From a virus (Duplodnaviria > Caudoviricetes), in the IMG/VR virus record IMGVR_UViG_3300012890_000077, positions 1 to 52,296 of that record: 52,296 nt of DNA; one strand, given 5' to 3'. Both the position numbers and the translations under genes were made by a program. Below the pieces are notes generated by a model, which did no database searches, was not told the DNA's origin, and saw only the letters and a program-made list of their open reading frames with translations. How positions within the stretch are numbered: position 1 is the first letter of the stretch; each line of letters begins with the position of its first letter. Below, piece by piece: positions 28,063-36,994 of this stretch.

Positions 28063-28542
28063 CTACCGAGTCGCCGCCAGAAGCGAGTTGTCCCGGTTCA
28101 GCCAGCCCTTCAGGAACTTAACCTGGCTGGGCTTCAGGGCCACGCGGCCGTAGCGGTAGGCCTTCCGCATCGCGACGATTTCCGCCGCCGCGTCGTGGCC
28201 GCCGTCCATACAGGCCGCCGCCTTGTTGGACAGCTTCCGGCGGAACTGGTCCGCTCGACCAACGCCGAAGTTGACGCTGGTGTCGAAGATCGCCAGCGCC
28301 AACGGATAGGGCATGGTTTGACACCCGGCGGGCTTCCAGTAGCCGTTCTGGTAGATGTTCACGACCTCCGGCATCGTGATCGCGCGAACGGACTGGGTAG
28401 GCAGTCCGCAAGCCTTCCGGCGGGCGTTGTAGACGTTCTGGGTAACGCCGTAGTTCGTCGCGCCGCCGGGGTCGTCGGGGTCGTTGACGTATCCGCCTTC
28501 CCACTTCAGGGTGAAGGCCAGAGCCTGTTCGATGGGGGTCAT
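28063..28542 (-). CDS. Endolysin, glycoside hydrolase family 108
   Basis: EGGYVNDPDDPGGATNYGVT, FD..VN.G and F..GWLNR. Confidence 0.95.
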   Translation of the reverse strand: MTPIEQALAFTLKWEGGYVNDPDDPGGATNYGVTQNVYNARRKACGLPTQSVRAITMPEVVNIYQNGYWKPAGCQTMPYPLALAIFDTSVNFGVGRADQFRRKLSNKAAACMDGGHDAAAEIVAMRKAYRYGRVALKPSQVKFLKGWLNRDNSLLAATR

Positions 28543-28606
28543 GGGCTCCCCTTTACGCAAGAGGTACAAATCAGATGTGCCTGATTCGCTTTCACCTGCC
28601 TTTCGG

Positions 28607-29344
28607 ATGCGATTCCTTCTCGAAAAGTATTCGGCGTACCTCGCCGATCTCTTGGAGAAAGAATCGGTCAACAGTGCAATTGGGTACAACCCGACCATCA
28701 GAGAGGCCCAGGCAACCATCCTAAGGCAGTACGAGCAGACAACTAAATATCTTCAATTTAAGGACGGACTAGAAGCTTATGAAGTGGACATGCTGTCCCG
28801 AGCAATCTACACGGTGCCGACTGACATCATGGAGGTGCACGATTTCAGCGCGGTAATGAAAAAAGCCGCAGCACTCGTGGAGGACAAACCCCCTGCGCCC
28901 AAAGCCCCAGACAGGCCCAGCCCAGAGAAACAAGACCCGCCGGAACCACGCAATGCCGCTGATAAAGATGCCAAAGGACCAACCAAGGATGGCACTCCAG
29001 AACCAACCAACCTCGTCAGGCGTGACGTGCCCGACGAGGCCCCTGTAAGGAGGAAGGAACTCCTTACCTCCATCTATCAGTGGACCAGTCCGGTCGGATG
29101 GATCGTACTGTTCCTAAGCACATGGGGTTTTATCGCTAGGGATTGGAAAAAGCCTCAGGGTATTTTCTGGATAGTGTGCAGGTTTTCCGCCTCGATTGCG
29201 TTCGGAGTACTTGCGTACAAGCTGTCTCCAAACTACAAGGCAACAGCCGATGGGGCCATAAGCGCGTTCTGGGCTGGAGGCGGGATAGCGTGGGTGGTAC
29301 TCGATGCCATAGTTAAAGCCAGACAAGAAGAGTCGTCAAAATGA
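28607..29344 (+). CDS. Low-GC moron membrane protein (about 3 C-terminal TM helices); start uncertain
   Basis: Long ORF with atypical codon usage, Pro-rich linker and hydrophobic C-terminus. Confidence 0.55.
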   Translation: MRFLLEKYSAYLADLLEKESVNSAIGYNPTIREAQATILRQYEQTTKYLQFKDGLEAYEVDMLSRAIYTVPTDIMEVHDFSAVMKKAAALVEDKPPAPKAPDRPSPEKQDPPEPRNAADKDAKGPTKDGTPEPTNLVRRDVPDEAPVRRKELLTSIYQWTSPVGWIVLFLSTWGFIARDWKKPQGIFWIVCRFSASIAFGVLAYKLSPNYKATADGAISAFWAGGGIAWVVLDAIVKARQEESSK

Positions 29345-29552
29345 ATGAGGTTGCCTAAGATGACCCCCGTAGCCTGGAAAACGTCAGCCGTCCACCAGCG
29401 CCAGGCGGTAGATCGCGCCGATAGCGGCAAGGGCTACGAGGGCCGTTCCGAAGATCGCGGCCACGGGATCAGTCCCGCCCCTTGAAAATCCGAACGATTT
29501 CCACGATTCCCCAGACGATTACGAGGGTGATACAGAAGTCCATCGGCTCCCC

Positions 29553-30137
29553 TTACGCGCGCCGTCCACGGCGGATCAGGGAGGCCAGACCCAGGCCCAG
29601 GGCCGCGAGGGGCACCGGTTCCGGGACGGGCTGGGCCTGGGCTTCGACCTCGAAGGCGCCCGGCCCGAAGTCGCTCCAGTAGCGCCCGTTCAGGTAGGCC
29701 GGGGAGGGCGCCACGTCGGCCGCCGTCCAGGCCAGCGAACCGGCGGAAGTCGCCAGAAGCCAGTAGGCCGTCCCGGCCGTGATCGCCTCCCCGTGCGCCG
29801 TGACGCTCGAAAGCTCCCCGGCCTGGTTCCAGAAGGGAACGCCCGCGCTCAGTCCCTCGAAGGACGCCAGGGAGGCGCCGACCTGGCCGCCGTCGTCCGC
29901 GCGAAGCTCCAGCGCGTAGGCCGTGGGTCCGACGCTCCCGGCGTTGAACATGGACAGGCGGAAACCGGTCAGCGCGCCGGTCTGGGTGGGCGTGAACCGG
30001 AACGCGGGCACGTTGCCCGGCGAAACCATGTAGGAGTCCCCGGTGGGCGATCCAAGGGACGAAAAGACGACCGTGGGGCTGGCCGCCGCGAGAAAGGGCA
30101 GGACCGCGAGGGCCAGGGCGAAGGCGTGACGCTTCAT
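29553..30137 (-). CDS. PEP-CTERM exosortase-target surface protein
   Basis: Signal peptide plus C-terminal VPEP-TM-RRGRR. Confidence 0.88.
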   Translation of the reverse strand: MKRHAFALALAVLPFLAAASPTVVFSSLGSPTGDSYMVSPGNVPAFRFTPTQTGALTGFRLSMFNAGSVGPTAYALELRADDGGQVGASLASFEGLSAGVPFWNQAGELSSVTAHGEAITAGTAYWLLATSAGSLAWTAADVAPSPAYLNGRYWSDFGPGAFEVEAQAQPVPEPVPLAALGLGLASLIRRGRRA

Positions 30138-30159
30138 CCCGGCCCCCTTACGGGGTTCC

Positions 30160-31452
30160 CTAGCCCAGTTGGATCGTCGCCGCCGCCAGCGGGACGCGGT
30201 GGCCGTTCGCCAGGGTCGCCTCCAGCCGGTAGCCCCGCCCGCCCGGCGCCAGGCCCTGGAACGCGTCCCGCGCCACGTCCACGGCCACGGTCTGGACGCC
30301 CGAACCGGCCGCGACCACCGCGCCGGACACAGGGGCGGCCCCCTCGACCGTCAGGACCACGGCCTGGGCGCCCGTCAGGTCGGCCCAGTTGTCCGAAGAC
30401 CACTTCGGCGCCAGCCCATCGGCCAGGAAGTAGTCGAAGCCGCGCGCCAGCTTAACGTCCCCGTTCGTCAGCACGGGCGAAAGGACCACGACCCGGCCCG
30501 ATCCCAGGACGGACACCGCCGCCAGCGTGGCCGCGATCTGGGCCGCCGCGTCGTCCGACAGGCCGCCGCCGGACGAACCGCCGCCGTATCCCGCCGGGGC
30601 CGGGCTCGGGAGGGTCACGGCCGCGCCGCTCTGCTGGGGCGTCCCGATGGCCGCCAGGATCGCGCTGTGAAGCTGGGGCGTGTAGCCGCCCTGGACCGTC
30701 ACGGGCGCCGGGTTCACCGTGACGGCCGTGGGGTTGATCGTCGGGCTGAAGGCGATGGTGGGCGACACTTCCGCCGGGCTGGCCGCGTTCTTCGCACGGT
30801 CGTACTCCGTGATCAGGCCGACCCGCCCCGCCGTGATCGTCAGGGCCGACGCGATCCGCGTCAGAAGGGTCGCCGTCCCCGGCGTATCGCCGCCCGCGTA
30901 GGTCGAAAGGGTGGACAGGGCGCGGTCGATCAGGTCCAGGTTTCCGGCGCGCGTGATCGTCAGGCGGCCCAGGAGGGTCGTTACGCCCGTGCTGTCACCG
31001 AAGACGGCCAGGGTTCGCCCCGCGTAGCCCCAGACGGCCGCCACCAGGCCGTTCAGAGTGTCCAGGAAGGCCGCGCGGCCCGCCGTGTAGCCCTGGGCCG
31101 TCAGGCCCGCCTGAACGTCGGATTGCGACGTGGCCGCGTCCAGCCGGTCCAGGTTCAGCGCCCGCGCGCCGGTGTAGTCGCCTTCGGGATAGATCGTGTC
31201 GAAGATCGTGACCGCGCCCGATAGGGACGCCTCGAAGGCGACGGGGGCGCCGTTCGTCTCGTCGGCCGTCAGGGTCACGGCCCAGACGCTGGCCGAACCG
31301 AAGCCGGTCTGGGCTACGGGGGCGTTCGTGGCGACGGTCGCCGCCGCGCCGTTCTTCGCGATCCGCACGGTGGGAGTCCCCGTCTTGTCGGCGCCGGTCG
31401 CGTCGGTCATGCGGAAGACGAGGGTAAGGGGGGAGTTTTTGGGAATGGGCAT
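30160..31452 (-). CDS. Putative virion structural/fibre-associated protein
   Basis: 430 aa, Ala/Thr/Gly-rich, internal YT..RA..LD repeats. Confidence 0.6.
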   Translation of the reverse strand: MPIPKNSPLTLVFRMTDATGADKTGTPTVRIAKNGAAATVATNAPVAQTGFGSASVWAVTLTADETNGAPVAFEASLSGAVTIFDTIYPEGDYTGARALNLDRLDAATSQSDVQAGLTAQGYTAGRAAFLDTLNGLVAAVWGYAGRTLAVFGDSTGVTTLLGRLTITRAGNLDLIDRALSTLSTYAGGDTPGTATLLTRIASALTITAGRVGLITEYDRAKNAASPAEVSPTIAFSPTINPTAVTVNPAPVTVQGGYTPQLHSAILAAIGTPQQSGAAVTLPSPAPAGYGGGSSGGGLSDDAAAQIAATLAAVSVLGSGRVVVLSPVLTNGDVKLARGFDYFLADGLAPKWSSDNWADLTGAQAVVLTVEGAAPVSGAVVAAGSGVQTVAVDVARDAFQGLAPGGRGYRLEATLANGHRVPLAAATIQLG

Positions 31453-32202
31453 CTAGGGGATTCCGTATTTCGTCTTCAGATAGGCTTCTTCGGCGTTGCG
31501 CTCGGTGTCGCTATGGGCCGCCGCGCAAATGTCGATCTGTCCGATATCGCCGCGCCACGGGTTGCCGCCGAACTGGCCGCCAATGGCAAAGGTGTTCAGC
31601 GTGATCGCGCCACTGAGGGCGCCGGACGAATAGACCAGACCGCCGTTTTTGTAGAGGTTCAGGACGGCCCCGGTGAACACGGACGACAGGACGTAGGGCA
31701 CGTTCAGGGCGATCACGCCCGCGCCCGAAAGCGTGAACGAACCGGCGCCGCCGTCGTTCTGGCGCCATAGGCTGGCCGCGCCCGTGCTTCCGACCAGGAA
31801 GTGATAGTAGCGGCTCGTTGACGAGTTGACGCAATCCATCCACATCCGGTAATTGACCATGCTTCCGGTCATCCGAACCACCGCGTAGGTCGTCCAGGGC
31901 TTCGCCGTGCCGCTGAAAACCGATGCGAGGGCGTTGCACTGGAGGTAGTCGTTCGTGCCGTCGTAGAGGAAGGTGGGCTGGCCGTTAAGGGTTCCGGTCG
32001 CCATCGGCTGATTGGCCGCCGTGGGCTGGGTCGCCACGTTTCCGTTCCGTCCAGTCCACGCGGACACCGCACCCGAAGACGAGGCGACCCCCAGCGCCGG
32101 GTCGAACCGCTCGACCAGGCTAGGGGGAGTGAAGGACGAGTCGGAAGGCCCGTACGCGCGCCGGGATCGAATGAAGGTCCCCAGGGCCAGGCCGGACCTC
32201 AC
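31453..32202 (-). CDS. LamG/concanavalin-like domain protein
   Basis: VSAW....N.ATQ....QP, .DGTNDYL, LYKNG, IGG....W.GDI and YLKTKYGI. Confidence 0.75.
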   Translation of the reverse strand: MRSGLALGTFIRSRRAYGPSDSSFTPPSLVERFDPALGVASSSGAVSAWTGRNGNVATQPTAANQPMATGTLNGQPTFLYDGTNDYLQCNALASVFSGTAKPWTTYAVVRMTGSMVNYRMWMDCVNSSTSRYYHFLVGSTGAASLWRQNDGGAGSFTLSGAGVIALNVPYVLSSVFTGAVLNLYKNGGLVYSSGALSGAITLNTFAIGGQFGGNPWRGDIGQIDICAAAHSDTERNAEEAYLKTKYGIP

Positions 32203-32513
32203 GCCCGCGCGACCCGCTCCAGTACCGCCTGGATCGTGAGTCCGGGGACGACCTCCGTCTGGGCCATGTAGGCGGCCGTCATGGTGATCGCCTGGGCGTA
32301 CGCGTTCAGGTCCGCGTACGCGATGCTGGTCCCCCGGACGCATCCCGTGGTTTCGTCAACCTGGATAAAGTCGGGCCTCAGGCCATCGGCCGTCAGGACC
32401 CCCTGGTGGGCCAGCTTGCGAAGAAGAAGCTCGGCGGCCAGACAGTTCTCCGTCAGGCCGGTAGCGTTGTGGATCGCGGCGTTTACGCCTTCCTGGGCGC
32501 GGTCGTGCGTCAT
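32199..32513 (-). CDS. Hypothetical protein
   Basis: CGTAAGGG upstream; coupled to the next gene. Confidence 0.65.
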   Translation of the reverse strand: MTHDRAQEGVNAAIHNATGLTENCLAAELLLRKLAHQGVLTADGLRPDFIQVDETTGCVRGTSIAYADLNAYAQAITMTAAYMAQTEVVPGLTIQAVLERVARA

Positions 32514-32531
32514 GCGGCCCCCTTACGCGGA

Positions 32532-32759
32532 TCAGGAAGGGTCCTTCGTCCGCGTCCACCCGAAGAAGTGACTGAACAGGGCGCCGCCCGCGAAGTTCGC
32601 GAGGGCGATAAAGACGGGGGTTCGGTCGCACTGGTCCCAGACGGCCGCGCTGATCGTGTCCCGCTTGTCGCGGTTGTAGTAGGTCCAAAGCTCGAAGGCC
32701 AGAACCGCCGCCGCCGTGGTCGTCACGACGGCCTTCGTCCGATTGGTCGGGTTAGGCAT
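32532..32759 (-). CDS. Small membrane protein
   Basis: Two hydrophobic segments; CGTAGAGG upstream. Confidence 0.6.
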   Translation of the reverse strand: MPNPTNRTKAVVTTTAAAVLAFELWTYYNRDKRDTISAAVWDQCDRTPVFIALANFAGGALFSHFFGWTRTKDPS

Positions 32760-32789
32760 GGCCCACCCTCTACGCCGATCGGCACCGGG

Positions 32790-32957
32790 TCACTTGCGCC
32801 GCCGCTTCGCCCGCTTCCGGGGCTTCAGCCAGGGGAGGACCATCTGGGCGGGCTCCGTCGCCTTCGGGGCGGGCTCGGGTTCGGCCTTCGGGGCGTCGGG
32901 GTCGGGCCAGAACTCTTCCAGCCCAGGAAGGTTTCCGGTCAGGTCGTCCAGGATCAC
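32790..32957 (-). CDS. 55-aa protein with basic C-terminus
   Basis: Translated by hand: MILDDLTGNLPGLEEFWP...KPRKRAKRRRK; CGTACGTG 10 nt upstream. Confidence 0.5.
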   Translation of the reverse strand: MILDDLTGNLPGLEEFWPDPDAPKAEPEPAPKATEPAQMVLPWLKPRKRAKRRRK

Positions 32958-33045
32958 GCGGACCACGTACGAAAAAGCCCCGCTAGGCCGTCCAGCGGAC
33001 GATCTGCGAGGCCTGTTCCCCCGAAGGGGCGGAAGGGGTCGGCCG

Positions 33046-33291
33046 TTAGAGGCCGACCGGAATGAACGCGCCCACGAAGTCCGCGAAGGCGCTGGCGAAC
33101 TTCCGACCGAAGGCCACCACGGCGTCCGGGTCGGCCTTCGCCTTCGACGCCAGCGCGCGAAGGGCCTTCTCCGGGATCGTCGCCAGGCGCTCGACGGCGC
33201 CCCGGCCGCCCTGGTCGTAGGCCGCGCGGCCCGCGTCCAGGAGGAACGTCAGGATGGTCTGGAGGCTGACCAGTTTCAGGAGACTACTCAT
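33046..33291 (-). CDS. Hypothetical protein
   Basis: CGTAAGGG upstream; phage-like codon usage. Confidence 0.6.
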   Translation of the reverse strand: MSSLLKLVSLQTILTFLLDAGRAAYDQGGRGAVERLATIPEKALRALASKAKADPDAVVAFGRKFASAFADFVGAFIPVGL

Positions 33292-33302
33292 AGCCTGGCC
33301 CC

Positions 33303-34238
33303 TTACGCGGTTCGGGTCGGCTCGTCGGGCTCCAGGTCGTCCAGGTGGTTCGGATCGCGCGTGAACGTCTCCCCGTCGATCAGGTCGCGGAATTTCAGGC
33401 GGCTCCCGCCGAAGGCCCGCCCCTCGAAGCGGACGGTCGTCCCGCCCGGCCGCGCGTAGACGCTTCCCACCACGAAGGACCGCTGACCCACCCTAACCTC
33501 CAGGAGTTCGTCGCCCTCGAAGACGCGAAGGACCACGGGCTTGCGGTTCGCCGCCGCCACGGCCGCTTCCTGGATTTCGCGGGCCAGCCGGGCGTCCTGG
33601 GCCTTCGCGTGGACCTCTTCCGCGCCAGAGACAGCGTAGGGCTTGACGCGGGCCGCGCTCGGGAGGAAGACCTCGGGGCCATTATCGGCCACGATGTAGG
33701 GCCGACGCGGAAGGACGCAACCGCCCGCGCGATGGATCACGAAGGCCGAATGGTCCGGCGTGTCGCCCGCCAGGTCCACGCCCACGACGCGGGCCTTCGC
33801 TTCCTCCTGGATTTCCTGGGCCATGCGGCCCATGCTGGCCTTCAGGGCTTCGTGGAACCGGTCTTCGGGGGTCGGCCCCGCTTCCTCCGGCGCCTCGAAC
33901 ATGGCCGGGCTGACGGCCTGGGCTTCGGCCAGGAACATACCGCCCCAGAGGATCGCGCCCAGGTCGTCGTCGCCGTCCCAGGGCTGGCGGCCGTCCAGCT
34001 TCGCGGCCAGCGTGAAGGCGTGGCGAATGACGTGGGACAACCTCGCCTTAACGTACTCGGGATCGCCCAGGCCCTGGCGCCAGTTGTCCCGCCCGTGCTT
34101 CTTCGCGCCCAGTTCCTGGCGCCGGGCAAGCGCGTTCAGAGTGCTAAGTGGAATGGCGGTGTAGTCGTGGCACTCGGAGGCGCGGGCGCCGGACTGGGTG
34201 GTAACGACCTTTTCGCCGTCGTGGTTTCGCGTGGTCAC
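33303..34238 (-). CDS. DUF5664-type dATP/dGTP diphosphohydrolase domain protein with C-terminal extension
   Basis: IP...L..LA....GAKK.G..NW..G...H...H and D.L.A..W motifs. Confidence 0.75.
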   Translation of the reverse strand: MTTRNHDGEKVVTTQSGARASECHDYTAIPLSTLNALARRQELGAKKHGRDNWRQGLGDPEYVKARLSHVIRHAFTLAAKLDGRQPWDGDDDLGAILWGGMFLAEAQAVSPAMFEAPEEAGPTPEDRFHEALKASMGRMAQEIQEEAKARVVGVDLAGDTPDHSAFVIHRAGGCVLPRRPYIVADNGPEVFLPSAARVKPYAVSGAEEVHAKAQDARLAREIQEAAVAAANRKPVVLRVFEGDELLEVRVGQRSFVVGSVYARPGGTTVRFEGRAFGGSRLKFRDLIDGETFTRDPNHLDDLEPDEPTRTA

Positions 34239-34253
34239 GTCCCCCACCTACGG

Positions 34254-34282
34254 AAAAGGCCGGCACTCTCGAAGTGTCGGCC
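34254..34282 (-). terminator. Intrinsic terminator
   Basis: GGCCGACAC-TTCG-..GTGCCGGCC-TTTT, then CCGTA. Confidence 0.7.
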
Positions 34283-34306
34283 CGCCCCGTCCGTTCTGTT
34301 GGTTTT

Positions 34307-34894
34307 TCAGGCCTGTTCGGCCTCGATCGGTAGCGCGATCGCTCCCCGCCGGTAGGCCTCCAGGAGCGCCAGGTGAAGGGCGCCCACTCTCAGCTTCCGG
34401 TAGGCGTTGTTCTGGTGGAAGCTGACGGTCGAAACGCTCACACCCATGCTCGACGCCACGTCCTGGGCCGTTCCAAGGTCGCAAAAGGCCTGAAGGGTGG
34501 CCGCCTCCCGTTCGGTCAGGGCCTGGACCGCCTCGACCTCTTCCCTCTCCAGGGCGCCGTCCCACGCGACCCGACCCCGCTCCCAAACGTCGAAGGCCGC
34601 CCGCTCGACCGCCAGCGCGCCGTCCTGGGTCCGCGCGTCAAGACCCACGGTTCGGCCGTGTCCGCGCTTCAGGCATTCGCGGGCCTGGAAAAGCGACCCG
34701 ATGGACCGTTCCACCATGACCCGGACGAAGGCGGGAAAGGGCGACCGGTCGGGGTCGTAGTCGGGGGAGTTGCAAGCCCTCAGGAGGGCGTCCGAAACAA
34801 GGTCTTCGCGGTCGATTCCGCCAGGGAAGGTCTTGCGCGAAAGGATCGCGCGGGCCTCCTTCATAAACTCCAGGGACTGGGCGTCGGTCAGCAC
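34307..34894 (-). CDS. ECF-like sigma-70 factor with LuxR-type HTH
   Basis: EDLVSDALL....YDP.RS.F..F (region 2); LTERE...DVA..MGVS.STV..H....YRKL (region 4). Confidence 0.8.
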   Translation of the reverse strand: MLTDAQSLEFMKEARAILSRKTFPGGIDREDLVSDALLRACNSPDYDPDRSPFPAFVRVMVERSIGSLFQARECLKRGHGRTVGLDARTQDGALAVERAAFDVWERGRVAWDGALEREEVEAVQALTEREAATLQAFCDLGTAQDVASSMGVSVSTVSFHQNNAYRKLRVGALHLALLEAYRRGAIALPIEAEQA

Positions 34895-34915
34895 CCAGCC
34901 CCATACGGGCCGCCG

Positions 34916-36358
34916 TCAGGCCGCCCGCCGACCCAGGAGGCTTTCCGGGTCGGTGTAGTCGGGCACGTTGTAGACGGCCGTTCCCGCCATGCCGGACGAC
35001 GCGTCCCAGACGTAGCCTTCCGCGCATCGCACGTTCCCGATGTAGCCCTTCGACGTGTGCCAGTCTTCCGCCGCGCACATGGAAGGCAGGGTCCGCACCA
35101 CCACGCCGAAGTTCTCTTCGACCTCGACCGCTCCCTTCGCCTGGTAGCGGACGGACTTGCGCCCGTGAAGGTGGCCGACGTGCCATTCCCTGAAGAGGGT
35201 GTCGCCCCAGTCGCGCCGCCGCTCCGTCGCCATGATGTCGCGAAGCTCGGCGTGTTTCTCTTCGCTTCCGTGGGTGAAGCCCAGGAGGTTCTGGCCGTGC
35301 CGAACGTACTTGCGCTGGGTCGGGGAGTTGTCCACCACCACGTCCGGCGCCGCGTGGAAGTAGGCGTCCAGGACCTCGCCCAGGTAGAAGTTGGCTTCCG
35401 GGTCGTGGTTGCCGCCGACCATCACCACGTCCACGCGGTCGGCCACGCCGCGAAGGCGCTCCTGAATGACCTCCGTGACGAGTTGGCGCGCGATGCGGAA
35501 GGTTCGCGGCTGGCGCCCGTCCGTCGTCTGGGGCGTTCCCCGGCCGGTCTGGTTCTCGATGTTGTTCGCGTTCAGAAAGTCGTTTCCGACCACGAAGGCG
35601 ATCCGGTCGAAGCGGCCGTATCCCGCGACCTTCCCCAGAATGTCCTCCACGGCCTCCCAGTAGAGGCGCCGCGCGATCGCCACGTCATAGGCCTGGCCGC
35701 ACTCGCGATGCCAGGCCAGCTTCCCGATATGGTGGTCCGCGATGCAGAGTTCCAGCATAAGGCCGGACGACGGGCGGGACTGGACCACCCGAAGGGGCGG
35801 GGTCAGGAACGTCGAACCGCTTCGGATTTCGGCCAGGATCGCGTCCAGTTCGCCGCGCGCCGCCAGGACCAGCTTCTTCGCCTTCAGGTGGGCCGTCACG
35901 CTGAACAGTTGGACCTTCACCGCGACCTCCTGGCCCTTCGCGCCCGTCTTGTGGAAGCCGGTGTACGCCTTCTGGGTGTAGCGCGCGACGCTCCATTGCG
36001 CCGTGTCGATCCGACAGACGCGGACAAGATCGTCCAGGGTCTGGACCTCTTCCGCCAGGCCTTTCGTCGTGATCCGCGCGGTGTCGCCGTCGCTCTCGAA
36101 CTCGCGTTCTACGGGGATTTCAGGCCCTAGGGCGGGAGTCGGGACGGTCGCCTTCGGTCCCTCCGCGAACAGGTCGGCGCCGGTCTGGGCCTTCGCCGCC
36201 GCCGCGCGGTTGTAGCGCTCGACGCGCGAACGGACGGCCTTCGGGGTCCGGGTCGGGACCGCTTCCGCGATCACGGCCCAGTCCTGGCCGCCGCACTCGG
36301 AATACGCCAGGTCGAACGCCGCGACCTCTTCCTGGGTCCAGGGGGCTCCCAGGCTCAA
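34916..36358 (-). CDS. Calcineurin-like metallophosphoesterase with N-terminal Myb/SANT-like domain
   Basis: D.H.G, GND, GNHD, HG and GH.H motifs; N-terminal WTQEE...G.DW..IA..VPTRT; TTG start coupled to the upstream stop. Confidence 0.82.
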   Translation of the reverse strand: MSLGAPWTQEEVAAFDLAYSECGGQDWAVIAEAVPTRTPKAVRSRVERYNRAAAAKAQTGADLFAEGPKATVPTPALGPEIPVEREFESDGDTARITTKGLAEEVQTLDDLVRVCRIDTAQWSVARYTQKAYTGFHKTGAKGQEVAVKVQLFSVTAHLKAKKLVLAARGELDAILAEIRSGSTFLTPPLRVVQSRPSSGLMLELCIADHHIGKLAWHRECGQAYDVAIARRLYWEAVEDILGKVAGYGRFDRIAFVVGNDFLNANNIENQTGRGTPQTTDGRQPRTFRIARQLVTEVIQERLRGVADRVDVVMVGGNHDPEANFYLGEVLDAYFHAAPDVVVDNSPTQRKYVRHGQNLLGFTHGSEEKHAELRDIMATERRRDWGDTLFREWHVGHLHGRKSVRYQAKGAVEVEENFGVVVRTLPSMCAAEDWHTSKGYIGNVRCAEGYVWDASSGMAGTAVYNVPDYTDPESLLGRRAA

Positions 36359-36570
36359 CCCTCGACCTCCGTGGTGTCCGCGCCTTCGGCCTTCGCCATG
36401 ATATGGCGCGTGACCAGGGCGCCGCCTAGGGCTCCCACGACGGCGGAAACGACGTTCCCCAGCCAGTCGGGCGGGGTGTGGCCGGTCAGGCCGAAGGCGC
36501 CCGTCAGGATCACGCATCCCAGGGCGATGGCCGCCAGCGCCTTCACGATGCTCGTCGCAAGATGAATCAT
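36355..36570 (-). CDS. Putative holin (2 TM)
   Basis: Two hydrophobic helices and a charged C-terminus. Confidence 0.55.
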   Translation of the reverse strand: MIHLATSIVKALAAIALGCVILTGAFGLTGHTPPDWLGNVVSAVVGALGGALVTRHIMAKAEGADTTEVEG

Positions 36571-36582
36571 TCCGGGTCCCCC

Positions 36583-36969
36583 TTACGGGGTTCCTCCGTC
36601 GCCGTCGATGGGGCCATAGTTGCGCTGGTAGAGGCCCCGAAGAAGGCCGATTTCCCGCGCGGTCTGGGCGTCGGCCGTGGACCTTCGGTCCAGGGACCCC
36701 TGAACGTCGTCCAGGCGCTTTAGGACCTTATCGAATCCCCTGTCGATCCGGTGGGACACCGCGTCGTCGGCCGACTCCCTGGCCTTGGATTCCGCCTTCA
36801 GGTCCGACGCGTTCGCCTCCAGGCGGGCGTCTAGGCGGGCGTAGGTCACGCCCAGGCCGAACGTCCCGGCGAACAGGGTGAAGACGAAGGCCTTCAGGGG
36901 CTCGACGCTGGCGAACCACTCGGAAAGAGCCTGGATCGTGCCGGGTGGCGACGGCTTGGGGACGGACAT
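36583..36969 (-). CDS. TM plus coiled-coil protein (possibly lysis-associated)
   Basis: N-terminal TM followed by a heptad region; adjacent to the holin-like gene. Confidence 0.55.
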   Translation of the reverse strand: MSVPKPSPPGTIQALSEWFASVEPLKAFVFTLFAGTFGLGVTYARLDARLEANASDLKAESKARESADDAVSHRIDRGFDKVLKRLDDVQGSLDRRSTADAQTAREIGLLRGLYQRNYGPIDGDGGTP

Positions 36970-36994
36970 GATCCGCCCCCATACGCGGATCGCC

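Noticed and set aside
33303-34238. 2-aminoadenine (Z-genome) or other base-modification pathway
   Set aside because: A DUF5664-type domain is present, but there is no PurZ, DNA polymerase or other pathway gene in the window.
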